A stretch of DNA of 61,487 nucleotides, filler included, from Sphacelaria rigidula (Eukaryota): the NCBI GenBank assembly GCA_964200075.2. It is 6 parts of 6 records of this genome, joined end to end, with 100 filler letters (N's around TTAATTAATTAA, not from the genome) between each part and the next. Parts side by side here need not be neighbours in the genome. Positions count along the whole stretch, not along the records: positions 10,266 to 20,430 come from CAXNAA020007002.1; positions 20,531 to 30,695 come from CAXNAA020007003.1; 4 more parts are not named here. One strand, written 5' to 3'. Position numbers and translations under genes: made by a program. Within the stretch, counting starts at the first letter, position 1. Each line of letters starts with the position of its first letter. The notes under the pieces are model-generated. The model searched no databases. It was not told where the DNA came from and saw nothing but the letters and a program-made list of their open reading frames with translations. Below are positions 10,337-23,800 of the stretch, one piece after another.

Positions 10337-11021
10337 CGATTTCACGGGATATAGAAGTTAATGGGTTTTCTATACGGCCTCACATACTCAACATACCCTC
10401 ATGTGTGGGTGTGAACGTGATCAAATAACGCCACCCTTCCCTCCTCGATCGTGGGATGACTCAAAGATCTCCCAATTACTATTTTGGCATCCGTCGGTGA
10501 GTATGTGAATCTCAAGAGTCATTTCCCAACTAGGCAGGACGCGGATTCAGTGTACGTACATCTGTCTTGACAATCAAACAACAACACGGTGGACTCCAAA
10601 TTGACCCTTTGCTATTTGCATGCACTGCACTCCGGGATCTGAGGTACAAGAGGAGCATCGGCATCATCAAAACCACATTCCCGAAACAGTCGGCAGTGTG
10701 ACTAACGACACCGGATGCATATTTACTCTTGAGAGGGAATTATCCCCGCTCAGGATGTTCGACGGAATTTGATGGGCTGCGGCAGTGCTCGTCCGGTGCT
10801 TGATAACAAATTGCCATGAAGACACTTTGGTGTCGCTTATCGTGGAGTACCTGACATAGCTGCAGGTAAGTGGCCATGACAACATGAGCAATTTCCATTC
10901 ATCACTGCAGTATACTCACGTGTCAAAACAATGCAATACATCTGGCTGACTCACAAACAACAGATAGCTCGACAAAAAGAGGAAATCGCAGATGTCGATA
11001 TTTTTCCTCTCTGTTTCTCAC

Positions 11022-11153
11022 CTGAACACCCAACTCCTTAATCTCCTCGTCCATCCACTTTTGGATTGCCTCCCAGATTTGATAGGCCCAGGGGCGAAGG
11101 ATATAGCATCCAGAGATGTCGTAGAAGTCGATCATCTCCGAAAGTGTGATTAC
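11022..11153 (-). CDS. Single internal exon of a cytosolic/archaeal-eukaryotic-type prolyl-tRNA synthetase
   Basis: Phase 0-0 exon (CAG / GTGAGA) encoding [44 protein letters not shown], the N-terminal/motif-1 region of eukaryotic ProRS. Confidence 0.9.
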
Positions 11154-11194
11154 CTGAAGAGCGAGTGGGGACGGGGGACGGGGCGTACTCATTT

Positions 11195-11800
11195 GTTGCT
11201 TGCCTTAGTCGTTTCACCATTGACTACGCATCCCTTTCGAGACGGAGCACCGCTCCTACTCCTAATAAAGACGCCTTCAACATTCCGACGCTCACTACGT
11301 TTCTTGCATACATATTGTAACACAAAAACCTTTTCAATATCATATCCTCGTCCTGTTTCGCCGTCTATGGCCACCATCTATCTCGTAGTACAGCCATCGT
11401 TTTCTCGCTACTGTCTAATGCATCAAACGGTTTCATGCCACCTTCGTTCACGTCCCGCATTTCCCCCTCTAGCACGTCCCGTTCCTCCTTGTATGTTTCA
11501 CATTCTGCAGCTACATGACTTCTGCTCTCTATTGCTTTGCCACAGAGGCAGTTCTGTGCACCTACTCTCTCCTCCTTTCGACTACTGGTATATCTCTTTC
11601 TTCTGTCTGGCAGGTCCAGGTCCCCCACCCGAAATCGCAGTTATAATTTTTTCGCCGCGTCCATCTGGTGTGTACTGGTGGGGGAAGGGCTACTACCAAT
11701 AGGAGACCGCGTGTTGTTGGCTGTTGAGAGCCCAACGTGCTCCAATGGTTTGCCAAGTCCTGGGCGCCAGATGCAATATATTGACCCGAGACTAACCGCT
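11195..11800 (-). mobile_element. 3' remnant of a non-LTR retrotransposon (post-RT zinc-knuckle region)
   Basis: Translation CLCGKAIESRSHVAAECETYKEER fits the CxC-x-ES-x2-H-x4-C knuckle of LINE ORF2 C-termini; frameshifted. Confidence 0.6.
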
Positions 11801-11807
11801 GTTATGT

Positions 11808-11882
11808 GATTGATCGATTGATTGTTGTACCTTAACTAGTCCACTACCAGTCCAGCCTTGGCCATGAGAGAGACGTACCCAG
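11808..11882 (-). repeat. (CAAT)n-tailed dispersed repeat 3' end, copy 1
   Basis: Minus strand gggtacgtc..ggccaaggctgga..gttaaggtacaacaatcaatc matches copies at 23233, 48640 and 61140. Confidence 0.6.
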
Positions 11883-11927
11883 GGGCAGAAAACGGAAACA
11901 TTTTCTGGAGGAAACGCGGTCAAGGGA

Positions 11928-11958
<31 letters not shown>

Positions 11959-12532
11959 TATTTGAAGGAAGAGAGAAGAATCAGAATGAGGAGAGGATGA
12001 GAGATAACAGGCAAAAAAAACAATTTAAAGGAGGAGAAAAAGGAAAATTTCAGGCCAAGTGTAGCACCGATCTCAGAAAAGAAAAAAAAAATGTAAGCTT
12101 TGGTTAGACACACAACATACATGTGTCACAGGTTGAGGATCACGGCATACACGGTACGTATGTTGTCGTCGGGATAGCGCTCGCAGACAGAGAGGAGCTG
12201 CTCAGCTTCAGCGTCGGGGTTGTGGTCGCTGAAGATTCAGCCGGCGGCGTTGTTCCAATTCTGAGGCCCCATGCCCCAGGGGTCAAGATAGGGATCCCTC
12301 TTGCGTCGAATCGCGAGAAATTTTTGTGAGCTTCGTTGCAGTCAATTGAGGCAATGAGTTGGCGTTGTCCTTTGACCATTTTTAGGCGCCCTCAAGCGCC
12401 ATTTCAGAAGTGCTAAAGAACAGATTTCCAAACCTTATACCAGACCAAACTATCTACTCTCCGGTAAAATTGGTTGAACAATGCAAGCCAACTAGTTGTG
12501 CGTCCCCCCCCGCGCCCCTTGCCCCTGCCACA

Positions 12533-15500
12533 ATGCAGGCCGAGGCGCCGGCGGAAAACACGGCCCTTGAAGCGACGTCAGCGAACTCACTCAAACAGGA
12601 TATGGTGGATGCCCTGAAGGTGAGCGCCGTCCTCGTCGAGTGAAGCAGTACTGGTGGGGTAATGTTGGTGGTACACGTCGGCCCGTTTCGAAGAAATTCA
12701 GTAACATTTCCCCAAGAAATATTGTCAGAATGCACTGCGGTAGCCTACTGGTATTTGCAAAGGCTCTCGCGCCAAGCTTATGTTGCGACTCAATGTCCAT
12801 GTATCACCACATTTCCGTTGAGGGTCCACAATATCGAGCCCTAATGCCCCGGTGTTAATATAGTTGAGCTCGAAAGCAACACCGGCATTATCGAATGTAG
12901 ATCCCCTGATGCCACCTGCGTTCCCTTCCTCGCACACTACGACTTGCGCAGGAGGAAATTCTCAACCCACCGGCCCCAACGGAGCAGAGGCAAACAGACA
13001 GCCGGCGTAAAGCACCCACGGGATTGGACATTCCGGACGCTCCCGTCTCACTGTCCCAGCTGTTCTCATCATCTTCCCGTGAAAATTACAATGTCGGCGA
13101 GTTGCTGAGCACCACCAGGGAGGGCAAAGTCGCAGAAAACTCTGCAGCAATTTCGTCTGCGGCCGATATTTCCACCGTCCCGGAGATACCGAAACCGCGA
13201 GCGAAACGGCCAAAATTGGAGAGGAGCAGGGCGGGGAATCGGGATCAATCTGGTGTAGTTGACCTGAGCTCAGAGCTGCGAGCGGAAGCCGTGAAGTCTT
13301 CTTCCTCCGCTCCGGTGCGCGCTTTACGCAAGGGGCTGACCGGACGGAATGGGGATCAAAAGACCCTTACATCGTCGGTGTTTTCGCCACTTGTTGTGAA
13401 AGGCCGTACCGTTCCCCAGACCGATCCTAGAACCAGTCTCGAGGCCTCTTCATCTCTGAAGATGCAGCCGATACCAACCGTCGAATCGGACGAGTCCAAG
13501 ACAGCGTTGAAAGGGGAGGCTGTCAGGGGCAGTGGGGAGGGACGGGGCGTTGTCGGTGGTGATGGTTCCAGCTCTGTGGCTGTCGCAATTAGGATGGAGG
13601 AAGCTGCCGCGACTGCAAAGGCCTCGCTGGACGCTTTAGATTTCGCTGGCGCGTCGGAGCAAGCGAAGGACACCGCGGCGCAGGTGATCAAACGATTGCT
13701 CTACTGTATCCGGTGCCGCTGCAGTGGTTCTCGTGCACTGCCACAATTCTAGTCACATATTCCCGGTTCCCGAATTGCGTGTGTGCAACTTCTATCTGTT
13801 GGGTGGGGACGAAGAGATAATTAATCCATCCGTTGACCCGCTTGCAAATATTTCGGTGGCATTTCATATACTGTCTGACACGATTCGGCTGGGCGCAATG
13901 AAGCGTGATGCCGAAGCGACGCATATTACTCGAGTGTGATAAAGGCCCAAAATGTAGCTGCCCATATTCGTCACCGTACTGCTCGATATCTTTCCTTTTC
14001 GCGATTTTTGATGTTGCCATCGTGATATTAAGGGGGAGGGGGGGTAGCTGTTTGCCCTCTGCCCGTTTTGAAGAGGATTCGACTTGCAATCTAATGGTTT
14101 GGAAATTCGGGGGAACAGCGTCCCCGACCGCACGACCCAAGCAGGTACTTCGTGGGGGGGGGGAAATGGCGAACAGAGAGAGATGCACTGGAGTCGCATG
14201 TCGGTTAAATTTGTTTTCTATGTCCTTATTTTTCTGGTTTTCGGTTTATTTCTCGAGTTTCCTCCAGCAAGTGCCTTCTCCGTTCCTTGACCTTGGGCAT
14301 CTCTACATTGTGACCACTGCGGGAGTCACACTGGGCCAGCTAGTTGGAGACACCCAATCAATTAATTTCCATCAGTACACTCGATGTGCATATGATGGGC
14401 TCACGACGAGTACAAGACAGCACTCGAACTTACCTTGAATTTCTGCACACATCTGTGAAAAGTTGTATACCCTGAACAATAGAATACACGGTCAAAAAGT
14501 GTACTGCGTACAGTATCGACTATTGCGCCTATTGCCATAGACAATAAATTCCATACTGTACGCAGTACATTTTTTTCAATAGAATCCATTGTCCGGGGTG
14601 TGAAAAGTTGTTTCGCTTTTAGTGTGCTCGATCGTACTTCGGGTAAACAGGGCAACAGCTGTATCAGCGAGTTGAAAGTGAAGACAAATGAGGTGTCCTT
14701 ATCTTCTCTCATTTCCCTCTCCTCCCTCCCCCGCACGCTCTGCTGTCCACTCTTTTCTTCAATATTGTTATGACAGGTAGAGGGGTTGGCAGCGGATGGA
14801 GGACGCGCTGCCGCCGCCGGCTTTTCCGCCATGGTTGAGCAGGTAGGCACAGTCGAGGGGCGGACGGCCCGGATTTACGGGAAAACGCTATATTATCACT
14901 AAAACACGCGGCAGATTGTTCCACGGTTGGGACGAATCAGAGTTCGTACGGGTTGACTCCCCATGAAATGACAGGATTCAACCATATGCCGACTGTTGGT
15001 CCCGCATGAACCCGACGGTGGATAACAAATGCAGTGCAATCATCTCGCGCGCGTTAAAGATGGGAAAAAAGTACGCGTGGCTCAAAGCCCATGAAATGAG
15101 AGGATTCAACCACGTGCCGACTCTTCGTCCCGCATGAACCCGACGGTGGAAAACATATACGAGGGCTCACCTCGCACGAATCATACATGTTATAGATGTA
15201 CATGCCATTCACGCCTCATGAAATCAAGAGTTGGTGACATGTACAATCGATTCATTCCACATGAACTACAGGGGATGAATATATCACACCCTGGATGATG
15301 ACAAAAACATACAGTCAAAAAGTATACTGCGTACAGTATCGCCTATTGCGCCTATTGCAAAAAACAATATTTTCCATACTGTACGCAGTACATTTCTTTA
15401 CAAAATAATCTGTTGTCCAGGGTGTGGAAAATGTGCCCATGATTTACCCCGTATGAACGGAAAGTAGGAAACAGGTACCTTTGACGGTGTACTGCACGAG

Positions 15501-18500
15501 GACGGTGTACTGCACGAGTCACGAGCTCAAAACCTGTTTAAATTACAAATGATGTACGAATCATGTGACTTATTCGTTGGAATGATGAACATGAGTTGAA
15601 TCACGATTTTATTCGTCCTAGCCGTTGATTGCTCTATGCGAGGTTGTTATGATTGAAGGTACCTGAAGCATCAGACGGGCTGATGTATTCAAATTTCAAA
15701 TGGTGTACCTGCGTTTCGTGATGATGCGTCACCCCCCCCTACACGATTCTCTCCTGCTCTCTCCTTGCTTCTGTCGCTCCCCCGTCCCCTAACACTCGAC
15801 ACCCAGAGCCGTGCCAAGATCGAGTACCTGCAGGCCGAAGCCAACCGCATCTCCGCAGACCTAGGCGAAACCGCCGCGCCAATTGCAGAGAAGCTCTCCA
15901 CCGGCGCCTCTGCCCTTCCGGAAGCCACCACGGGCGGGTTCGCGAGCGTCACAGAACGGTTCGCGAGTGTCGCGGACCGACTCAAGAGCATCGACGTGTC
16001 TGGCGGCCTAGCGCGGGTCAAGGATACCGGTGGGAAGTTCTCGGAGGCTGTGGAACGCGGTACGGACGGCGCTGTGTCGAAGTTGAAGGGCGCAGGGAAG
16101 ACGGTGGGAGACGGATTGACTGGGGTAGCGAGTGCGACCGCCGGTAGGGCGAGCGGGGTGGCGGGATCGTTGCGGGATGTGGTGCCGGACGTGCAGGCTG
16201 GGGCATCTGCTTTTTCCTCTCAGGTTTGTAGGAGGAGGGGCGGGGAGGATGCCTTCATGGACCTGACGATCGTGCTCATTGTTCCACGGATGCGTGTCTC
16301 CCAAGTTTGGACCCTGTGGAAACAAGACGAACTGGTTCGCGTTTATCGCCAAAAATGGTGTCATCAGCAAATGCCTTCCGCCATACCTACCCAATAGTCG
16401 CATATACATGGTGTCATATTGACCGCCATGGACAACTGAAGGGGGTGACGTAGCCGGATTTGTTCGAGGCTATAGTGGTGGCGCCGAGGGCGAGAAGGTA
16501 CCTCGACCAATCAGCGGCCTTCGAATTGTTCTGAAATCAATAATACGAATTCCCAACCAAATTTCCCCCCAGTCTCTACATGCTTCGAATCGCAGTAACC
16601 GCGACCAACTCGACAATCTTACGGCAACAAAAGTAATAAAATGGTTACTATGGGATCGAGTTACACCCAAACCCGTGATATTTCGATGGTGGCCTTGTTT
16701 CGCGTCGTCATATGCCCACTGATGATGGGCACCAAAGACCCAGAAAGCCTCCAGACTGTTTCCCTTATATCTCTCGTAAAAAAGCTCCGACCGCCCTCAA
16801 ATTTTCCACTTCGGTAGGTAGTGATACTCCAAGTAAAGAAATGCACTGAATTTTCCCCAAAGTTTGTCCGCTCTGCACCGACTTCCGGGGGTCCCAGCTT
16901 GAAGACCCCCGGAAGCCGGTGCAGAATGTCTCGAGATAGACATAAATGATATTATGCGTCCTGGGGTAGTCTAAGGAACAATTGTACAAACTTCCGTTGC
17001 GAACATCGAAAAACTGATGTAGTCTTTCTCGAATTGACGTTCAGCGTACCCGAAAAAGACGTTCCCGTACTTGAACCAGGTAGTTAGGAATCTGCACGTG
17101 TCAAGCGCACTTCATCGCCCAAAATGCAAATCATCACGCCAGCTGTTAGAGTTGGGCTTTGAAACTTTGCACATATATACTATGAGACGCTAAAATAATG
17201 TACAAAGTGGGGTCTTTTGACTTTCTTCCCGCCAGTTATCGAGAGTCCTAGCAGGGCGTGTGGCTTTCCAGGACCCTGGGACCCCAGATAACTGGTGGAA
17301 AGATTGCCTTCCTACACAGCTTTGTATTGTCCCACAGTATGAGTGTGCAAAATTTGGAGTCTAACTCCAAGAGTTGGCCTGAACATTTGCGCATACACAA
17401 ATTTTGAGTAATGAGGGCGCGTGTTGGCACTTTTTTTTTCGATCGAAAAAGTGCGGTGGAAAAGAAAATGATCGATCTGATAGTTACACCGCATTCCTGA
17501 TCCTAGTTGACTTCAATTATTTTTATAAATAGTGGCGCGCGGAGAAGAAGTAAAAATCAATAAAGCTGAGCTTTTTCGGTCGAAAACGTGCGGTCAAAAG
17601 GCACCAAGGGGCACTTGACTCTTATCTTCCAGACCACCACGCCAGATACCACTCGTTCACAGAACCATGCAAATTCCATACAATTCATTTTCAGCTATCA
17701 CCGCAGCCCTGCAGCATAGAGCACAGGAATAGATACACTGCAGTAGTTGCGTACGCTTCCTTTATTTTTTGTTGGCGAAGACTAGAACATCTTCTTTCAT
17801 GGTGGGAATCAGCGACGAAACTGCGTGGTGGGGTAGGCAACCGAGTTGCGTACATGCCCACCGACAGTGCAAGCAGTACAAAGCTGCACGTTGTACAAGC
17901 CCTTTCCGCGTCGCATTGTAAGCAGAGAGAACATATAGTCCTGGGCTGTCTGCACTGCACGTTGCCCGCTTCCCTTTCACATCCTTTATACAAAACGCGC
18001 ACACACGCACTGCATGCCAACAGTACAGACAGTATAGACTGTCTGTACTGTACACGAGCGACCATGTACCGCTTCACGATTTTCACTGTACTGTCCTTTT
18101 TCGATCGAAAGCCCGAACATTTGCTTGACCCCAACTTGAGAAAAATGAGAGAATTTCGCTCTAATCAATTCGACCGCCCCTTTTTTTTCGATTATAAAAA
18201 TGTGCAAATGCACGCCCTAAGAGTGAACCAGCTCGTATAAAAACATATCGCAAAAAGTTGACGCCTGGCTTTTGCAGCATTGCAAGTTAACTCCGCAGTT
18301 TTGTCGTTCTGTTTGCTGGTCACTTCCGTTTTGATTTTGTTGTGTGTAAATCCCTCTTGCCAGCGACCTGCGATGTAGAGTTTTTTTGTCAGCAGGCTGC
18401 ATGTGAACGGGGTTATTTTTCATGTTGGCATTGTTCAAGATGATGTGTTCTGTGGTCACCGGGAACTATGGCCGGGACATGCATGGTTTATGAAGTCTGA

Positions 18501-19676
18501 AGTGCGATAGTGTCGTGCATTACATAGTACCACCGTGGAAAGTGCAGCAGTGCTTTGTTTGGAGTGGTGATGTGTTGGATCGCTAGATTTCACGGCCCAG
18601 TCGGTACATTTCCGTGCCGTCCAAGTGATGTTGTACGTGAAAGTGGAGAAGTGCAGCTTGATGCATTGCCATCCAATGCGGTGTAGACGTATGCAAGAGG
18701 ATACAGTACAGCGTAGCGCAATACAGACAATGCAATGCACAATATTATGAATTACAGTACTGTAGTGTCACACGCGTCATGCTGGATATATGATATCCAT
18801 CGCAGATCTCACACCACAGATCACTCCCTGATCCGACGCGTGTAGTTCTCGGCTGGCAATTCCTCCATTTTGTCGGGGACGTAGCAGCGGCTCGGGAATA
18901 GGGGCAGCATCGGTGGCGGGATAAGTTTCATGCCATGTCTTGTCCATCATCTCGATATCGTACGATTGACTACGCTTCACGGTAGAATCTGAGACACCTT
19001 GTTGCTTTCATGGATGTTGGATACCGGTGACCAATGCTTTGAGATGGGTTTTTTCATAGCCATATCACGAGTGCCACGCGAGTCACTTCCCATTCAACGC
19101 GAGTGAGCGTACGTCTTCGTGCTACTTGGCACAAAAGTAATATGTATATATGCATGTATGTATGCATATATGTATGTACCATATGCATATAAGTACATAC
19201 GTATGTATTACGCGTGTGTTTCACGTACTGTATGTACGTATGTATGCATGCGTGTACGTATGCACGGATGCACGGATGCGCGTATTACGTATGTATACAT
19301 GTATGCATGTTTTCATGTTCAGATGGCCATGATCATCATGTTGTTTTTTGTGTTGCAGGTAGCACTGCGCTGTCTTCTCACCGATTTGTCACCACTGTCC
19401 ATCCTATGCATAATCCCGGGCGATCCAAAACTGGCTACGATTCGGAGCGACTCTCACCACGCTCTCGTTCGTGTGACCCCTGTGTATCTTTTTCGCAGGT
19501 AAGTGGTGTGGCAAGTCGTGCGGCGTCGCAAGCCGGCCAACTCTCTGGCCGAGTTTCCGATAGCGTGATGAAGATTTCGGCGCCAGAGTTGCAGCTGGGC
19601 CAGGCAGCAGAGGCAGCAAGGAGCACGCTAGCGCGATTTTCGGAGAGTGCACTCGGCAGTTTCAGCGGTGATGGCG
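12533..19676 (+). CDS. Ala/Gly/Ser-rich protein with amphipathic helical repeats, 3' partial; exons 12533/12539-12619, 12952-13683, 14777-14842, 15807-16223, 19499-19676
   Basis: Four phase-0 GT-AG introns join into an open frame of about 490 aa. The 5' end is either ATG 12533 or acceptor 12538. No recognisable domain. Confidence 0.75.
14466..14602. mobile_element. Palindromic MITE (TIR ~CACACCCTGGACA), copy 1
   Basis: Terminal inverted repeats plus internal gtactgcgtacagtat/atactgtacgcagtac palindrome; second copy at 15285-15426. Confidence 0.75.
14930..15620 (+). repeat. Degenerate ~42-bp period repeat array, interrupted by MITE copy 2
   Basis: Recurring catgaa / aacat(g/a)t / gattca motifs; ~63-bp direct repeat at 14960 and 15088. 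Confidence 0.55.
15285..15426. mobile_element. Palindromic MITE, copy 2
   Basis: cacaccctgga ... tccagggtgtg; aligns with 14466-14602. Confidence 0.75.
19140..19312. repeat. Degenerate (TATG/TACG) microsatellite
   Basis: Low-complexity tatgtatgcatatatgtatgtac tract. Confidence 0.8.
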
Positions 19677-20318
19677 GTGCGTGCGTGAAAACACAAGGAT
19701 CGCGGATAGTAGATTTTTAGCGGTCCGATCAAATGTAGCAATTTGTTGTGCCCCATAGAATTGGCGGGACTTTCGAGTTTTCCCGTCAATGGTTATCGAG
19801 CAGCACGTTTTGGTGTGTCGTTGGTCGTAAGAAGGGCTCCTTTTTCGTGAGGGAGGACCGGCGCACGAAAGGATTTTGCCCGTGATGATTTTTGTCTCCT
19901 CGACAGTGTTCGTCGCTGTGTGCCCCGGATTTCAATAATCGTTAGATGGCGTCCTCCCCCACCCGCGCCTGCACTTTCCTGCTCTGCTCGCCCCGTATCA
20001 CGATTCCGTTTTCCGTCTGTGCGTGTGTTTGTTTGTCGCTCGGTATGATCATGTCGTATATATGAATTCGTGCGAATTTCTGAGACTTTCAAGCGGTGCA
20101 CCCCTCCGCTCTATGACAACCTGTTTGTTGTTGGCATGTCAGCCGCTGTGGAGTAGTCCACCTCTAGTACATGTGTAGGTGCATGGTGAACGGTCTGACG
20201 GTACAGGAGATCAGACTATTTGATGTATGTGTAGACCGCATTGATACCTCAAACGCGGTACAAATCATCACGCATTGGCTGCCGGTCTCTGGTCTGTACT
20301 TACGACATGAACCTCCCT

Positions 20319-20362
<44 letters not shown>

Positions 20363-20824
20363 TTTTCCCTCCAAACTTTCCGGCAACCCCACGGGCGCCC
20401 CAGGCCCGGGAGTGTTTGTCCCAGGGGGGGNNNNNNNNNNNNNNNNNNNNNNNNNNNNNNNNNNNNNNNNNNNNTTAATTAATTAANNNNNNNNNNNNNN
20501 NNNNNNNNNNNNNNNNNNNNNNNNNNNNNNTAATAATAATAATAATAATAGTAATAGTAATAATTAATAATAATTACTATTATAACCGCATAACCCGTCC
20601 TATCGTGACGTCTCGTGACGTCTTCATATCAAAATGATGTTGTGCCTCGGTTGTTCTCGATCCCCAATTGCTTGACCCTTACGACACGCAGGGGGGACCA
20701 AATGCAACAGATACCTAATGCACCGACGTCTGGCTCTACCCTCGTTCGTGATCGAATCACCGCCCACAGGAGGCGACACGGAGCGCGCGAATACAATACA
20801 ACAAAAGAAACAAGAGGGACTAAC

Positions 20825-23800
20825 TTCAGCATCTTGAAGCTGTCTAGCCTTCTCGGAAGCTCGGTCCTGCGCATCCTTCAGGAGACGCCCAAGCCTCTCC
20901 AGCTGTTCCTCAAGAGAATCCGTTCTGGACGACAATTCCCCCACTGCCTTCAGGGCCTGGTCGCGTTCTCTCTCGGTCTTCACCAATTCAGACCTAGTTT
21001 CAACGGACGACACAGATAGATACGTAATGTTATTGTCGGCATTGGACAAAAACACCATCATCATTTGCTGTTGCAACTCTTTTGTTTGCCAATTTTCATA
21101 CTTTTTCTTCTCAAAACCTTTACGACGCATCATTTCTTGCTTCGGTGACTCACATTTTCCTCGTCGAGCCAATTGACAGTGGCCACACTCCGGGGTGGAA
21201 GCAACGGTTGCTGTTCACTTTTACCGAAGTAAGCTTATCGTCACTTGACGAAAAACCGCAACGCCGCGCCGAACGGTTTGAAAAACGCTAGATACCACCC
21301 ACCAATTTAATTTTGCACCTCCCTGTCCATCGATTAACCCAACCGCGCCCTAGTTTCCGAAACAACAGCACATTGCCGGAATTCTCCATACAGTGCAGTG
21401 GTGTAGTAGTGTAGCAGTGTAGTGCATTGCGGAAGACTCGAACAGGTGTCGCTGTGGGCGATGCCTACAGCGCTCAATATACATCGCACAACCTCAGCGC
21501 AGTTAGAAATGTCGGCCAGGTAATCACTAGGACGTATCGCCTCTCCTCTTTCCTTCATGTGGCTGTTGCTTCTGTCTTCTTCTGTTCCTTTCCTTCTTTC
21601 ACATTCTGCTCTTTTTTCTCTTGCTCCTGACCACGGGCTGGGTTGTTGCAATCAGCCATCTATAAATCAATCATCGCTGACAAAATCCCGAGCTCCCGTC
21701 ACAAACACGCACACCCAGGGAGAACACATCCCGTGGACTCGGAAGAGCAATGATATTATGTGGGGGTTGAGCACAACTTGCTGATTTTATCTCAAGGTAG
21801 AGTAATGCCACGGTAGGGGTGCACGCTTTTGTTTTGAGGCTCTGCACTTCAGGAGCCTCGCGATGACAAATATCTGGGTCTTAGTGTGCAGCCTCAGAAT
21901 ACTTTTCTGGGCTAAGAAGTGCTCCCCGACCCCTACAGTGGCATCACTCGTTAGCTGAATGCGGATGTCCGTCTTCTTCGAAGCGAAGAAAACAGCAACA
22001 AAGCACGCACCACTGCAGGAGATCGAGGGCAAGTCAACATAGGAGGTCATGTGTTACATTTACGCTGTTGTGCAAAGTGCACGACGACGCGTTACCGGTC
22101 TGACGATGACATAACCTCGGGGTTCGACGTTCTGCAGGCCACTGAAGCAGCTTCAGGAATGACTTATCGTACACAGATTTTCGTTGAGGGACGCGGTATT
22201 CCCCTGCTCCTTTTGTGTGTGTTGTGGGTAAATACAGACGTAAGTTTGCAACTCAGCCAATTTCTCCTGTGTTTTCAGTTGCCACATCAGCCTCGTTTCT
22301 CTGATTGACGGTGAGCTCCTTCCAACTTCGCCGAACAGCGCGCATCCTCAGTAGAACTCCTGACAAAAATATCGGGTGCACAGAGTCAATTTTACGACAT
22401 ACGCGACCCTTCATTGCAAAAATCATTTCCCACGAAAGCAGCACCTGGCGGCTTGCAGATCCTTTTGCAACGCGGCACTCCTTCCTTCTGCAATCGCGGT
22501 TTTTTCCTCAGCATGACGCCTGCTCAGCTCAAGCTCACCCTGTTTCTCCTCGAAGGTGACCGACAGCTGCTGTGATCTCTGAAGGACCGTCTCTTCTGCC
22601 GAATACAACTCGGCCTCCTTTCTTTCCAGAGCCTGCACAACCAAATGTTGCACGAAGGCATCACAGCAAATACTCCGGAACTCATTGCTTCAGCACAGCC
22701 TTATTACACAGGATCACGCGCACTGGCACAGTACAATGGAGTACCACGTCAAACACAAAACTCTGCGTAACCCAAGGATACCGAAAGACTGGCAGCTTGC
22801 GCAAGTACGGGCATCTCAGCATCCATGTTCGGGGACACTGTCGTAGCACAACAACATTGGGGAGAGGAAAATGACAGGACTTCCTCACGTAACATTCCGC
22901 AGTGCGTGACATTGGAAGAAGTTCAGTTCACTAGTATGCTATACGCAAAAGGGGATTATCGACGCCTCGGGGTGCGAATAGGCTTCGAATGCGATGATCT
23001 CGGCGAGTACGATGCTACCGACCACGCAAAGCTGTGCCTTCTGCACATCGATGACGGGTGTATCAAAGTACATTTCTTTTTGTTTAGGTCGGTCATTTCT
23101 TTCTGTACTTTGCTTTTGTTGCCTTTTTTTATTCTTCTTAATTGTTTTCACGTCTTGGTCTACTATGTCGTTCTGTTCGAAATTTTTTATGTTCCTTTTT
23201 TTCTTCAGCGAGTACTTCAGTTTTGCTTTTTTGGGGATGCGTCCATCATGCGACCATGACTGGACCCCTGGGGGGTCAGTTAAAGTGCGACAATCAATCG
23301 ATCATTCAATCAAAAAATATCTGGGTAAGTCTCGTAAAAAATGACATATGTCGCGTGGTCGGTAGCACCTTGCTCGTCGAGGCCTCCGCAATTGATTAGA
23401 GGTCGCCCACCCCGGTGTTTCCTCAAGTAAGTTCACGGTAGTCGTTGTCATTGATTACATACTGCTCACCTCTCGCCGTTGGTCAAGTTTGTCCGCTTCT
23501 GCACCAGCCTCTTGCTTCCCTCTCTCCAGCAGCTCCTTCTCTTCTTCAATATCCTTTTTGCTAGACTCCAGCAGCGCTTGCTTCCCTTCAACCTACAATA
23601 CCAACACGTTCACAAAGAGCATGCTCGCTTGCGTTTAGTCCAGCAAAAAAACAAACAAACAAGATCTAACGACGTGTAGGGGCTAGCGCTAGAATTTCGA
23701 GACATATGTTTATATACTGCGAATCATACGCTTGATTGAAGGGAACCTGAAAATTGAAAAAGAAAGGTAGATAAAGCATTAGCGTTGCAACAATGCGATT

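Noticed and set aside
10960-11021. RFPLFV read-through as continuation of ProRS (YFPLFV)
   Set aside because: It lies beyond a canonical GTGAGA donor, at the wrong spacing and in pyrimidine-rich intron sequence; likely coincidence.
22241-22360. Extra exon of the coiled-coil gene
   Set aside because: In-frame TGA in the required phase; exon 22445-22632 splices in phase directly to 20825-20993.
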